Part shown: positions 26,420-37,918 of the stretch, one piece after another | Layout: every line of letters starts with the position of its first letter | Position numbering within the stretch: position 1 is the first letter of the stretch | Made by a program: the position numbers and the translations under genes | Source of the DNA: an uncultured Pelagibacteraceae bacterium | GTDB taxonomy: Bacteria > Pseudomonadota > Alphaproteobacteria > Pelagibacterales > AG-422-B15 | Assembly (NCBI GenBank): GCA_902570675.1 | Contig: CACFYZ010000004.1 | Coordinates: 8,755 to 72,754 of the forward strand | Direction of reading: 5' to 3' | DNA length: 64,000 bases | The notes under the pieces: generated by a model | What the model saw: only the letters and a program-made list of their open reading frames with translations | Database searches by the model: none | What the model was told of the DNA's origin: nothing

Positions 26420-27943
26420 CTAAAAAATTTGACGAATAAGGTCGTTAGAAAGTTCATTGAGATTGTGATCTTTAGTAGACACCCCAAAAATCTTTTTATC
26501 AGGCCTAACGATTGCATCTCCATAATTAAGAATATCATCTAGTTCTATACTCAAAGAGTTTTGATTTAAATTAGGTAAAAATTTACAATTTATACTCTGT
26601 AAGATTTTTATAGTTTGAGCGTCTAGTTTACTGTCTATTTTATTTAAAGACAGAATTGCAAAATTCATTTCGGTTAAATCATCAAGGGTTAACGCTCCAT
26701 ATTTTTCATTTATGGAGTTCCGCTCCAATCTCTTACCAGCAAAATAATCACTGAATAAAGAATTATACAAACCTGAATTTATTCTATCATTCACTTTTTT
26801 ATTGCTTCCAAAAGCTTGTTCTCTGGCTTCAGGGGCAATAGCCTCGTCAAAAGGGATATTTCTCTCTACTGCAACAGACAAGGAGTCGATTAACTGCCCA
26901 AGTGCAATTGAGGATTTTATTGTTTCAATGACCTGGTTCTTACGCTCGACATTAAACGTCTCAAGTATCTGTGATTTACAATTATAGTTAATTACTAAAT
27001 TCAGTTTCCAAGTTAAATTTATAATATCGCGAATACCTGCATTTAATATTTGACCTGCATACGGTGGAAATTGATATGCTGAGTTACCAAGAAAGAAAAT
27101 ATTTTTATATTGAAAGTTATCTATACACAAACCTCGAAAGTTATAAATCTCCTGATTGATTATTTCGAATTCATTTGTACTTATCCAATTTGAAAGAAAT
27201 CTTTTAATTGTTTTTTTGTCAAGAATTTCTGTATGAACTTCACCAGTTAGTAATTGGAACTCAAAACGATATCTTTGTTTTGATAACGAAATATATGAAA
27301 TCGGTCTTAGTGGGTCGCAGATCTGCCTAAATACATTTTCAAGTTTTATTTTATCACTTACCAATAAATCAACAATAAGCCAATTTTTAGAGTACTGAAA
27401 ATCTGAAAATTTAATCTTAAGCTTATCTTGAAGTAGTTTACCATCATTTTCACACGATATTAAGTATCTGGCTTTTGCACTTAGTAGGTTTTTTCCTTTT
27501 TGAAACGAAAGATTTGTATAATTATCTTCGTTTACAAAATTAATTAATTTACATTTTTCATGAGAGTCTATTAATTCTTCATTAGAACAATTTTTCTCGA
27601 ATATATTAAAAATTTCAGATTGAATAAAAGTATATAATGAAGAAAAACCATTTCTTGTATTTGTTATTGGATTACGTTGTATTACCTTTTTGTTTGATAA
27701 AATTAAATCTCGATAATCTGGAGAATTGAGATGTTTTTCTAAATCTCTAAACATTCCTATTAGACTAAAGAATCTTGCGCTTTCATCATCAATAGAAAAT
27801 GCATCATCTTTTTTTGATTGATTACCATCTTCACTAATCACTAGTGTTTTGAGATTATAATTACTACAAACCTTAGCACAAATTCGACCAATAAGACCAA
27901 AACCTATAATTGCTACATCGTATAAATCATTGTCTTCTTGCAA
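26420..27943 (-). CDS. Divergent FAD-dependent aromatic-ring hydroxylase-like protein (PheA/TfdB/MhpA family fold)
   Basis: 507-aa ORF with N-terminal DVAIIGFGLIGRICA...VISED Rossmann motif. The C-terminal GNSAYQFPPYAGQILNAGIRDIINLTWKL is colinear with GDAAHxxPPxxGQGxNxGxxDAxNLxWKL, but key residues are substituted. Confidence 0.6.
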   Translation of the reverse strand: MQEDNDLYDVAIIGFGLIGRICAKVCSNYNLKTLVISEDGNQSKKDDAFSIDDESARFFSLIGMFRDLEKHLNSPDYRDLILSNKKVIQRNPITNTRNGFSSLYTFIQSEIFNIFEKNCSNEELIDSHEKCKLINFVNEDNYTNLSFQKGKNLLSAKARYLISCENDGKLLQDKLKIKFSDFQYSKNWLIVDLLVSDKIKLENVFRQICDPLRPISYISLSKQRYRFEFQLLTGEVHTEILDKKTIKRFLSNWISTNEFEIINQEIYNFRGLCIDNFQYKNIFFLGNSAYQFPPYAGQILNAGIRDIINLTWKLNLVINYNCKSQILETFNVERKNQVIETIKSSIALGQLIDSLSVAVERNIPFDEAIAPEAREQAFGSNKKVNDRINSGLYNSLFSDYFAGKRLERNSINEKYGALTLDDLTEMNFAILSLNKIDSKLDAQTIKILQSINCKFLPNLNQNSLSIELDDILNYGDAIVRPDKKIFGVSTKDHNLNELSNDLIRQIF

Positions 27944-28027
27944 AAATAACCTCCGGTGAGACTGAAATTTCTTGACTAATACTTTTTATTTAGTTTGAAT
28001 TCAAGGGATTATTTTAAACATAAATTA

Positions 28028-29134
28028 ATGGCAAAAATTGTTAACTCCTGGAATGAATGGGATCCTCTTAAACATGTAATAGTTGGAAGAGCTGACAACT
28101 GCTGCATTCCACCTGCCGAACCAGCTACAGATCCTAAGATTCCCGAGGGTAGCGATATGCAAGACGTTCATGGTCCTAGAAGTGACGAGTCTATTGATAA
28201 GGCCAACATTCAATTAGATAATTTCTCGAGGATACTTGAAAAAAGGGGCATAAAAGTTGACCGGCCAACTCCACTTGAGTTTAACCAGAAAATTGCAACA
28301 CCTGATTGGGAAAATGGCTCAATGTTTGGGTGCATGCCACCACGAGATGTAATCATTACTCTTGGAAATGAAATGCTCGAAGCAACGATGTCATATCGAT
28401 CAAGATGGTTTGAATATTTATGTTACAGGCCTCTTTTGGAGAGTTATTTTAATGAAGATCCAGAAATGAAAATGGAGTCAGCTCCTAAACCAAGATTAAC
28501 GAATGAAAGTTATAGAGAAAATTATTTAAGCGAAGATATATCGATAGACGAAAGACTTGAAATGGTAGCAAAAAAAGAATTTGTAACAACCGAGAGGGAA
28601 ATATTATTTGATGCTGCAGATATACTGCGAATGGGAAAGGATCTCTTTGTTCAACATGGATTTACGACGAATTTAAAAGGTAGCGATTGGTTAGGCAGAC
28701 ATTTTGAAAATCATAGAATACATACTTTAAATTTTCCTGGTGACCCCTATCCTATTCATATTGATGCAACATTTACACCTCTTAAGCCAGGGTTAATTAT
28801 TAATAATCCCACAAGACCTTTACCAAACATACAAAGAGATATCTTTGAAAGAAATGACTGGCATATAATTGATGCAGCGCAACCAGCGCATAATGAGCCA
28901 CCACCTTTATGCTATTCAAGTATATGGTTAAGCATGAATGTGCTTGTACTTGATCCAAAAACTGTTTGTGTTGAAGAAAGTGAAGTGTATCAGTGCGAGC
29001 AAATAAGTGATTTAGGTTTTGAAGTAGTTCCTGTTCCCTTCAGGGATGCTTACCCTTTTGGTGGAGCTTTACATTGTGCGACTACAGATGTTTATAGAGA
29101 GGGAAAAATGGAAGATTATTTTCCTATTCAATAA
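28028..29134 (+). CDS. Amidinotransferase (glycine/inosamine amidinotransferase family)
   Basis: SWNEWDPLKHVIVG N-terminus, IHIDATF, and C-terminal GGALHCATTDV with the catalytic Cys. ATG at 28028 preferred to the TTG at 27995. Confidence 0.8.
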   Translation: MAKIVNSWNEWDPLKHVIVGRADNCCIPPAEPATDPKIPEGSDMQDVHGPRSDESIDKANIQLDNFSRILEKRGIKVDRPTPLEFNQKIATPDWENGSMFGCMPPRDVIITLGNEMLEATMSYRSRWFEYLCYRPLLESYFNEDPEMKMESAPKPRLTNESYRENYLSEDISIDERLEMVAKKEFVTTEREILFDAADILRMGKDLFVQHGFTTNLKGSDWLGRHFENHRIHTLNFPGDPYPIHIDATFTPLKPGLIINNPTRPLPNIQRDIFERNDWHIIDAAQPAHNEPPPLCYSSIWLSMNVLVLDPKTVCVEESEVYQCEQISDLGFEVVPVPFRDAYPFGGALHCATTDVYREGKMEDYFPIQ

Positions 29135-30268
29135 TTAAATATTACCACCTTTTTGCAGAATAGTATTTTGGTGAATATAACAATTCATTAATAGACCAAA
29201 TCCAAACATTACTGCCAGCATTGAACTACCACCGTAAGATATAAATGGTAAAGGTACTCCAACCACGGGAAGAAGTCCTGTAACCATGCCTATGTTTACA
29301 AAAATATAAATGAAGAAAACAGTGCAAACTCCAAGAGCAAGATATTTGCTAAAAAGGCTTCTGCATGTCAATGCTAAGCTTATTGATAATCCAATTATTG
29401 ATGCATAGACTAAAATCAATACAAGAGAGCCAAGAAAACCAAACTCTTCTCCAAACATAGTAAAAATAAAATCTGTTTGCATCTCAGGAAGGAAGTTTAA
29501 GTGACTTTGAGTTCCTTCCATATAACCCTTTCCAAAAATACCTCCTGAGCCAAGTGCTATTTTTGACTGCAGTATATGATACCCATTTCCCAAAGGATCA
29601 CGCTCTGGATTAAAAAAAGTAAAAACTCTCTCTTTTTGATAACCTTTCAAGAACTGCCAGAAAATTGGGAGTGAAGTAATCACAATTATCCCACCAGCCA
29701 CAAAAAATTTGTAACTTAGACCTACAATCCAAAAAATGCTGATTGCCCCGAGAAGAATTATTAATGCCGTTCCCAAATCAGGCTGAGAGGCTACTAGTAA
29801 GACAGGTATAATACTAATTGCACCAGGTATAATTAATCGATTTAAAAAGGTATGATCTTCATTATGAATAGAATGAAAGTATTTTGCTAATGCAAGTATT
29901 AATGTATATTTCACAAATTCTGAGGGTTGAATGCTAAGTCCTAAGATATTTATCCAGCGCGTAGCTCCATTACTCTCAACTCCAACAAAGGGTATAATAA
30001 CTAGAGACAAAATGCTTAGAAAAAAGATTAGATAAGCAAACTTAAAAATAATTCTTATATCTATTAGAGCCACAAAAAAAAATAAAATGATACTCATTAT
30101 AAATCTTTGAAAATGTTTCATTGGCCATGAACTAAAATCACCATTTGACGCACTGAAAAGAGCAAAAATACCAATGGTAAATAGTACTATAATTAAAATC
30201 AGTAAGACGTAATTTATACTTAAAAGTTTTACGAAGATATTTTTCTCAATAGAATTTTCACTATACAT
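29135..30268 (-). CDS. rodA: Peptidoglycan glycosyltransferase RodA (SEDS family)
   Basis: 377-aa polytopic ORF with PFISYGGSSML motif. It lies downstream of mrdA in the mre cluster. Confidence 0.9.
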   Translation of the reverse strand: MYSENSIEKNIFVKLLSINYVLLILIIVLFTIGIFALFSASNGDFSSWPMKHFQRFIMSIILFFFVALIDIRIIFKFAYLIFFLSILSLVIIPFVGVESNGATRWINILGLSIQPSEFVKYTLILALAKYFHSIHNEDHTFLNRLIIPGAISIIPVLLVASQPDLGTALIILLGAISIFWIVGLSYKFFVAGGIIVITSLPIFWQFLKGYQKERVFTFFNPERDPLGNGYHILQSKIALGSGGIFGKGYMEGTQSHLNFLPEMQTDFIFTMFGEEFGFLGSLVLILVYASIIGLSISLALTCRSLFSKYLALGVCTVFFIYIFVNIGMVTGLLPVVGVPLPFISYGGSSMLAVMFGFGLLMNCYIHQNTILQKGGNI

Positions 30269-32135
30269 CGAAAATATTCTTTCTTTTTAAGTCGAGCTTA
30301 TTATCAAATAAAAATTTAAATACATCTGAGGCTATTGGAGCTGCGGTACCAGAACCGCTACCACCATGTTCTACGATAACAGAAACCGTATACTGAGGCT
30401 TACTAATAGGTCCATAGCCAATAAATAAACCATGGTCTCTCTTTTCCCAGGGTAAATCCTCATTTTTTATTAGGCCTTCTTCTCTTTCCTCAGAACTAAT
30501 TACTCTTACTTGTGACGTACCGGTTTTGCCCCCGAATTCGTGCTTTCCCCTAATTCTTGAATAATAGGAAGTTCCTCCTGGATCATTAGTTGCTTCATCT
30601 AGTCCTCTTTTAATAATTTTAAGATATTTTGGATCCGCAATTTTAGAATCTAAATGCTCATTTTTTTGGCTTAGATTTTTATAAAATATTGACGGTGATA
30701 ATTTCTTTCCACCATTCGTTAATTGTGCCAATGCAAGACTAAGTTGTGCAGAAGTAGCAAGAAAGTATCCCTGCCCAATACCAGCAGACAGAGTTTCACC
30801 AACCATCCATGGACTTCCTAGGTTTGAAAGTTTCCAACTTTTATCTGGTACTAGCCCATTAGTTTCTTCTTTAAGACACTCGAAAGTATTTTTACCTAAA
30901 CCAAACCTTCTGCATACTTCAGCTATTTTATTTATACCAATCCTTCTTGAAATTTGATAAAAATAAACATCACAGCTTACTTTAATTGCATCAGTTAAAT
31001 TTACTAAACCATGACCTCCTTTTTTCCAACAATGGAAGGTTTTATATCCCGATTCCACACTACTATCTTCAATCAAATGCTTTCCATCGCAAAACACTTC
31101 CTGATTAGGGTCTATTCCATACTCTAGGGCTGCTAATGCTACAAATGGTTTTATTGTTGATCCTGGCGGATAATGATTTGAAATTGCTTTATTGATTAAT
31201 GGTTTATATTTGTTAGTCAGTAGAGAATTCCACGTTGATTGAGAAATACTTTTGCCAAATAAATTTGGATCATATGCTGGTGAAGAAACCAATGCATTAA
31301 ACTCACCAGAATTCACGTTAGTGACTGCAATACACCCACTCAGACCATTTAATCTTTCGTAACAATATTCTTGTATTTCTTTATCAATTGTTAATTGAAT
31401 ATTTTCACCTGGAAGACTATCAATACGATCTAATTCTCTAATTTCTCTTCCACTTGCATTTACTTCTATATTTTTATTTCCTATATGACCTCTTAAGGAA
31501 ACATCTTTAGCTTTTTCAATCCCTAATTTTCCTGACTTTGCATTATTTAAATCCGATAATGGACTCAGATACTTTTCATCTTTATCAAGGTTTGTAACAT
31601 ATCCAACAATATGAGCATGTGATGGACCCCCAGTGTAATATCTTTTGAAGCCAATTTGAGGAAAAATTCCATCAATTTTGTGGATATTTGCATTGATTTT
31701 TGAGAATTCTTGCCATGACAAATCATCAATGATTTTCACAGGCACAAACTTTTTCCGATTATTTATCTCATCAATTATTTGATCATAATCTATATTGCTT
31801 TCAGGAAGAATTTTTTGAAAAGCCGATAATGACTTAAATACATCTTTTGTTTCTTCTTTAATAATCACTGCTTCATATCTTTCCATATTGATTGCTAGCG
31901 GCTTACCTTGAGCATCATAAATGATACCCCTTTTAGGCTCTAATAATCTGTGCGTAATTCTATTTTTATCTGATAATATTTTATAATTATCTCTATTTGC
32001 AATTTGGAGGTATGCTAGTCTTCCCGCAAGTAATGAAAACAAGCCCCCTTGAGCAATTGTAATTATGGCAGCCCTTCGATTTATAAGATTATCTGTTTCA
32101 TAATTTTCGAAAATAAAATTATCTGATTTTTTCAT
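30261..32135 (-). CDS. mrdA: Penicillin-binding protein 2 (elongasome transpeptidase)
   Basis: 624-aa ORF with SxxK (GSTIKP) and KTG (GKTGTSQ) motifs and an N-terminal anchor. Context is mreBCD-mrdA-rodA. Confidence 0.9.
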   Translation of the reverse strand: MKKSDNFIFENYETDNLINRRAAIITIAQGGLFSLLAGRLAYLQIANRDNYKILSDKNRITHRLLEPKRGIIYDAQGKPLAINMERYEAVIIKEETKDVFKSLSAFQKILPESNIDYDQIIDEINNRKKFVPVKIIDDLSWQEFSKINANIHKIDGIFPQIGFKRYYTGGPSHAHIVGYVTNLDKDEKYLSPLSDLNNAKSGKLGIEKAKDVSLRGHIGNKNIEVNASGREIRELDRIDSLPGENIQLTIDKEIQEYCYERLNGLSGCIAVTNVNSGEFNALVSSPAYDPNLFGKSISQSTWNSLLTNKYKPLINKAISNHYPPGSTIKPFVALAALEYGIDPNQEVFCDGKHLIEDSSVESGYKTFHCWKKGGHGLVNLTDAIKVSCDVYFYQISRRIGINKIAEVCRRFGLGKNTFECLKEETNGLVPDKSWKLSNLGSPWMVGETLSAGIGQGYFLATSAQLSLALAQLTNGGKKLSPSIFYKNLSQKNEHLDSKIADPKYLKIIKRGLDEATNDPGGTSYYSRIRGKHEFGGKTGTSQVRVISSEEREEGLIKNEDLPWEKRDHGLFIGYGPISKPQYTVSVIVEHGGSGSGTAAPIASDVFKFLFDNKLDLKRKNIFDV

Positions 32136-32610
32136 AACTATTTTTTATTAAAGAATATAAAATCTCTGTTGGATAAAATAATAATATAATTATTAAAATA
32201 GGTAAAAAATTTATAAAAAAAGGCAAATGTATAGCTAATTTATAATAAATAAATAAATACTCTATTATAAAGATGAATATAGAAAGAAACAAAAAAAGAG
32301 TAAATTTTATATTTTTTGTTTCATAAATTCCTAGATGAATAGTAAGCTGATTTAATAAAAAATAACTCAAAAAAATTAAGCTTGAATATCCTAATGATAC
32401 ACCAAGGATGATATCTTGGTAAATACCCCAAACAAAAATACATAATGGTACAGTCCAATTCTCAACATCCCATTTAACAATGAAAATCAGCAGTGCGATT
32501 AAAAGATGTAACTCAAAATAAGCATTACTTAACGTAATATTAAAAGAGATTATTATAAATATACATAAATTTAAAAATATAAATTTATTTTTAAAAAAAA
32601 ATGTGCCCAT
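32119..32610 (-). CDS. mreD: Rod shape-determining protein MreD
   Basis: 163-aa very hydrophobic ORF between mreC and mrdA. Assignment is by position and topology. Confidence 0.6.
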   Translation of the reverse strand: MGTFFFKNKFIFLNLCIFIIISFNITLSNAYFELHLLIALLIFIVKWDVENWTVPLCIFVWGIYQDIILGVSLGYSSLIFLSYFLLNQLTIHLGIYETKNIKFTLFLFLSIFIFIIEYLFIYYKLAIHLPFFINFLPILIIILLFYPTEILYSLIKNSYEKIR

Positions 32611-32615
32611 TTAAA

Positions 32616-33449
32616 TCAACTTCCAAATTTATAATTTAATAATCGTACATGAGTTAAAGTATTTATATCCTCGAATATCTCAACTTCAAGTGTAGTTCCT
32701 TTTTTTCCAACGACCTGACCAATTAACAAATATGGAGGAAAAACTCCGCCTTTACCTGATGTTGTCACTAAATCCCCAATCATAATAGACTCTAAATTTT
32801 TGGAATATTTAATCAGAGGATTCTTCTGTCCCTGCCCAACCAAAATGCCTTGAAAAGCTCTATCCGATATGTTGACTGGCACTCGGCTATTAACATTAGT
32901 AATAAGGAGAACGCGAGAAATTTTATTATTTATATCAATTACTCGTCCTATTACTCCATCTGGACCAATAACAGGCATATCGACATATAGTCCATTTTTA
33001 GAACCTGAATTAACTAATAATGTACTGAAATATTTATTAGAAAAATCTGCAACAATTCTTGTAGTGATAAAGCTGTAATCTGTTTCCTTAGATATATTCA
33101 ATAAGTTTTCGTACTGAGCAATCTTAAGTTTCAAAGCTATCATTTCCTGAAAACTCGCACTATCTACAATTTGATCTTGCTTATATTTTTTTAAATCTTC
33201 ATATAAATTTCCAAGGCTCTTTATATTGGATATCCCTTCATTTATCATTCTGACAGGTGACGACACAGTAGATGAAATAGAATAAATAATATTAGAGGAA
33301 AATAGTTTGATAGTTGTGCCTATGTACGTATCATTGAAACGACTTAATAATAAAACAATAGATAAGATTAAAAATAAGCCAGCTACTGAAATTGAGAGTA
33401 AGTGTGGTCTAACTAAATTCTTAAATCGCGAGTATCTTGAGGTCCTCAC
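32616..33449 (-). CDS. mreC: Rod shape-determining protein MreC
   Basis: 277-aa ORF with an N-terminal anchor, a coiled-coil segment, and GIVGRV / GDLVTTSG beta-barrel motifs. Confidence 0.8.
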   Translation of the reverse strand: MRTSRYSRFKNLVRPHLLSISVAGLFLILSIVLLLSRFNDTYIGTTIKLFSSNIIYSISSTVSSPVRMINEGISNIKSLGNLYEDLKKYKQDQIVDSASFQEMIALKLKIAQYENLLNISKETDYSFITTRIVADFSNKYFSTLLVNSGSKNGLYVDMPVIGPDGVIGRVIDINNKISRVLLITNVNSRVPVNISDRAFQGILVGQGQKNPLIKYSKNLESIMIGDLVTTSGKGGVFPPYLLIGQVVGKKGTTLEVEIFEDINTLTHVRLLNYKFGS

Positions 33450-33472
33450 TAATTACTCTTTTAAACAATAAA

Positions 33473-34534
<1,062 letters not shown>

Positions 34535-34538
34535 CTAA

Positions 34539-36089
34539 TTATACACCAGTCATCTTTGCTGGAGCAGATTTTTCTCTTTTAACAATTAATTTATTTAAAG
34601 CATTTATGTAAGCCTTTGCTGAAGCTACTAACGTATCAGTATCAGATCCGAGTCCTACAACTGTTTTTCCATCTTCAGCTAAACGAACAGACACTTCAGC
34701 TTGAGCATCTGTTCCCTCAGTGACTGCATGTACTTGATAAAGTAAAAGTTTTCCCTGGTGAGGCACTAGTTTACTTAACCCATTAAATATTGCATCCACG
34801 GGTCCATCTCCTGTTGAGGAAATATTTTTTAATTCGTCATCAACCAATAAATTAATTTCAGCTTTTTGTGGTCCTTTCGTACCAGCTATTACTTGAAGAT
34901 CTTTCAAAATAATCGAGTCATTCACTCGAATGACCTGATCATCAATAATTGCAACAATATCTTCATCATAAATATTCTTTTTTTTATCTGCTAGGTTTTT
35001 AAAGTTTTCAAAAGCCTCCTCAATTGAATTATCATTAATATTATATCCTAATTCTATTATTTTTTGCTTGAACGCATGCCTTCCAGAATGTTTACCCATG
35101 ACTAGGTTTGACTCAGAAACACCAACACTTTCAGGAGTCATAATTTCATATGTTTTATTGTTTTTTAACATGCCGTCTTGATGAATTCCTGCCTCATGCG
35201 CAAAAGCATTTTTACCAACAATTGCTTTGTTAAATTGAACAGGAAATCCTGTGACTGCAGATACAAGTTTAGATGTTTTAGTGAGCTTTTCTGTTTTGAT
35301 ATTGGTTGAGAACGGCATCATGTCATTACGTGTCCTAATAGCCATCACAACTTCTTCCATTGCAGCATTGCCTGCTCTCTCACCCAGCCCATTTATAGTA
35401 CATTCAATTTGTCTTGCTCCAGCTCTCACTCCAGCAAGCGAATTTGCAACTGCAAGACCTAAATCATTGTGGCAGTGTGTTGAGAGAGTTACTTTATCAA
35501 TATTTGGAACATTATTTATAAGATGTTCTATTATATTTGTAAATTCATCTGGAATTGAATATCCGACAGTGTCAGGTATATTAATTGTAGATGCGCCATT
35601 TTTAATTGCAGCTTCAACAGTACGGCACATAAAATCAATGTCAGTTCGCGTTCCATCTTCACAGGACCACTCGACATCATCACATAAATTTCTAGCAAAT
35701 GAGACACTATCGATGACTTTCTGATAAACTTCTTCAGAATTAAGTTGGAGTTTATGTTTCATATGTAATTCACTCGTCGAAATAAAGGTATGTATTCTTG
35801 GTAAATTTGCATCCTTTAACGCATCCGCAGCAGTTTGAATATCATTCTTTGATGCTCTACTTAATGCGCAGACTGAAGAATCTTTTATTTTTTTCGAAAT
35901 TTCTGAAACTGCTTCAAAATCACCTTTTGATGCCGCAGGAAATCCAGCCTCTATTATATCGACGCCTAATTCTTCAAGAGCTCCAGCGATCTTAAGTTTT
36001 TCTTCAATATTCATTGAAGCTCCGGGAGACTGTTCACCATCCCGCATCGTTGTATCAAATATTTTTATATAATTACTATCTTTACTCAT
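34539..36089 (-). CDS. leuA: 2-isopropylmalate synthase
   Basis: 516-aa ORF with IFDTTMRDGEQSPG and HCHNDLGLAVANSLAG motifs and a C-terminal LeuA dimerisation/regulatory domain. Confidence 0.95.
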   Translation of the reverse strand: MSKDSNYIKIFDTTMRDGEQSPGASMNIEEKLKIAGALEELGVDIIEAGFPAASKGDFEAVSEISKKIKDSSVCALSRASKNDIQTAADALKDANLPRIHTFISTSELHMKHKLQLNSEEVYQKVIDSVSFARNLCDDVEWSCEDGTRTDIDFMCRTVEAAIKNGASTINIPDTVGYSIPDEFTNIIEHLINNVPNIDKVTLSTHCHNDLGLAVANSLAGVRAGARQIECTINGLGERAGNAAMEEVVMAIRTRNDMMPFSTNIKTEKLTKTSKLVSAVTGFPVQFNKAIVGKNAFAHEAGIHQDGMLKNNKTYEIMTPESVGVSESNLVMGKHSGRHAFKQKIIELGYNINDNSIEEAFENFKNLADKKKNIYDEDIVAIIDDQVIRVNDSIILKDLQVIAGTKGPQKAEINLLVDDELKNISSTGDGPVDAIFNGLSKLVPHQGKLLLYQVHAVTEGTDAQAEVSVRLAEDGKTVVGLGSDTDTLVASAKAYINALNKLIVKREKSAPAKMTGV

Positions 36090-36151
36090 CTATTAAACCC
36101 CTTACTAAAATTGAATTGTGTTAAAATTAAGTATTTCCCCCTGAGGCAATA

Positions 36152-36244
36152 TTAGATTACCCGGGGGCTGCTAAGCAGTTTTAACAGCAGCAGAGATTGC
36201 AAAATATACAACAAGTAATATCGTCTAATAGATACTTTTTTCAT
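36152..36244 (-). promoter_or_regulatory. Candidate leucine-rich leader peptide (30 aa) of a leuA attenuator
   Basis: Minus-strand ORF MKKVSIRRYYLLYILQSLLLLKLLSSPRVI has 9 Leu, including an LLLL run encoded CTG CTG CTG TTA. It is followed by G/C-rich complementary segments. It ends 62 nt upstream of the leuA ATG. Confidence 0.5.
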
Positions 36245-36380
36245 AACTTTTTGCACATTTTATCAAATTAAAGATAAAACGATAAATATATGAATATTTA
36301 AAATATTTCAATGTAATATGCAAAAAACCCCTGAAATCCAATGAAAAATAGTCAGTTTAATTAAAAAAGCCTTGTTTTAT

Positions 36381-37917
<1,537 letters not shown>

Positions 37918-37918
<1 letters not shown>

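Noticed and set aside
35251-35724. 157-aa plus-strand ORF inside leuA
   Set aside because: It lies entirely antisense to a strongly supported leuA reading frame. The low-complexity S/I/L/A-rich product has no recognisable motif. This is a typical shadow ORF opposite a conserved gene.
36245-36380. Search for an intrinsic terminator after ilvC or a promoter for the leu leader
   Set aside because: Two G-rich/T-run spots (CAAGGCTTTTTT, CAGGGGTTTTTT on the minus strand) lack a complementary 5' arm. Promoter-like hexamers are too frequent in this A/T-rich stretch to call.
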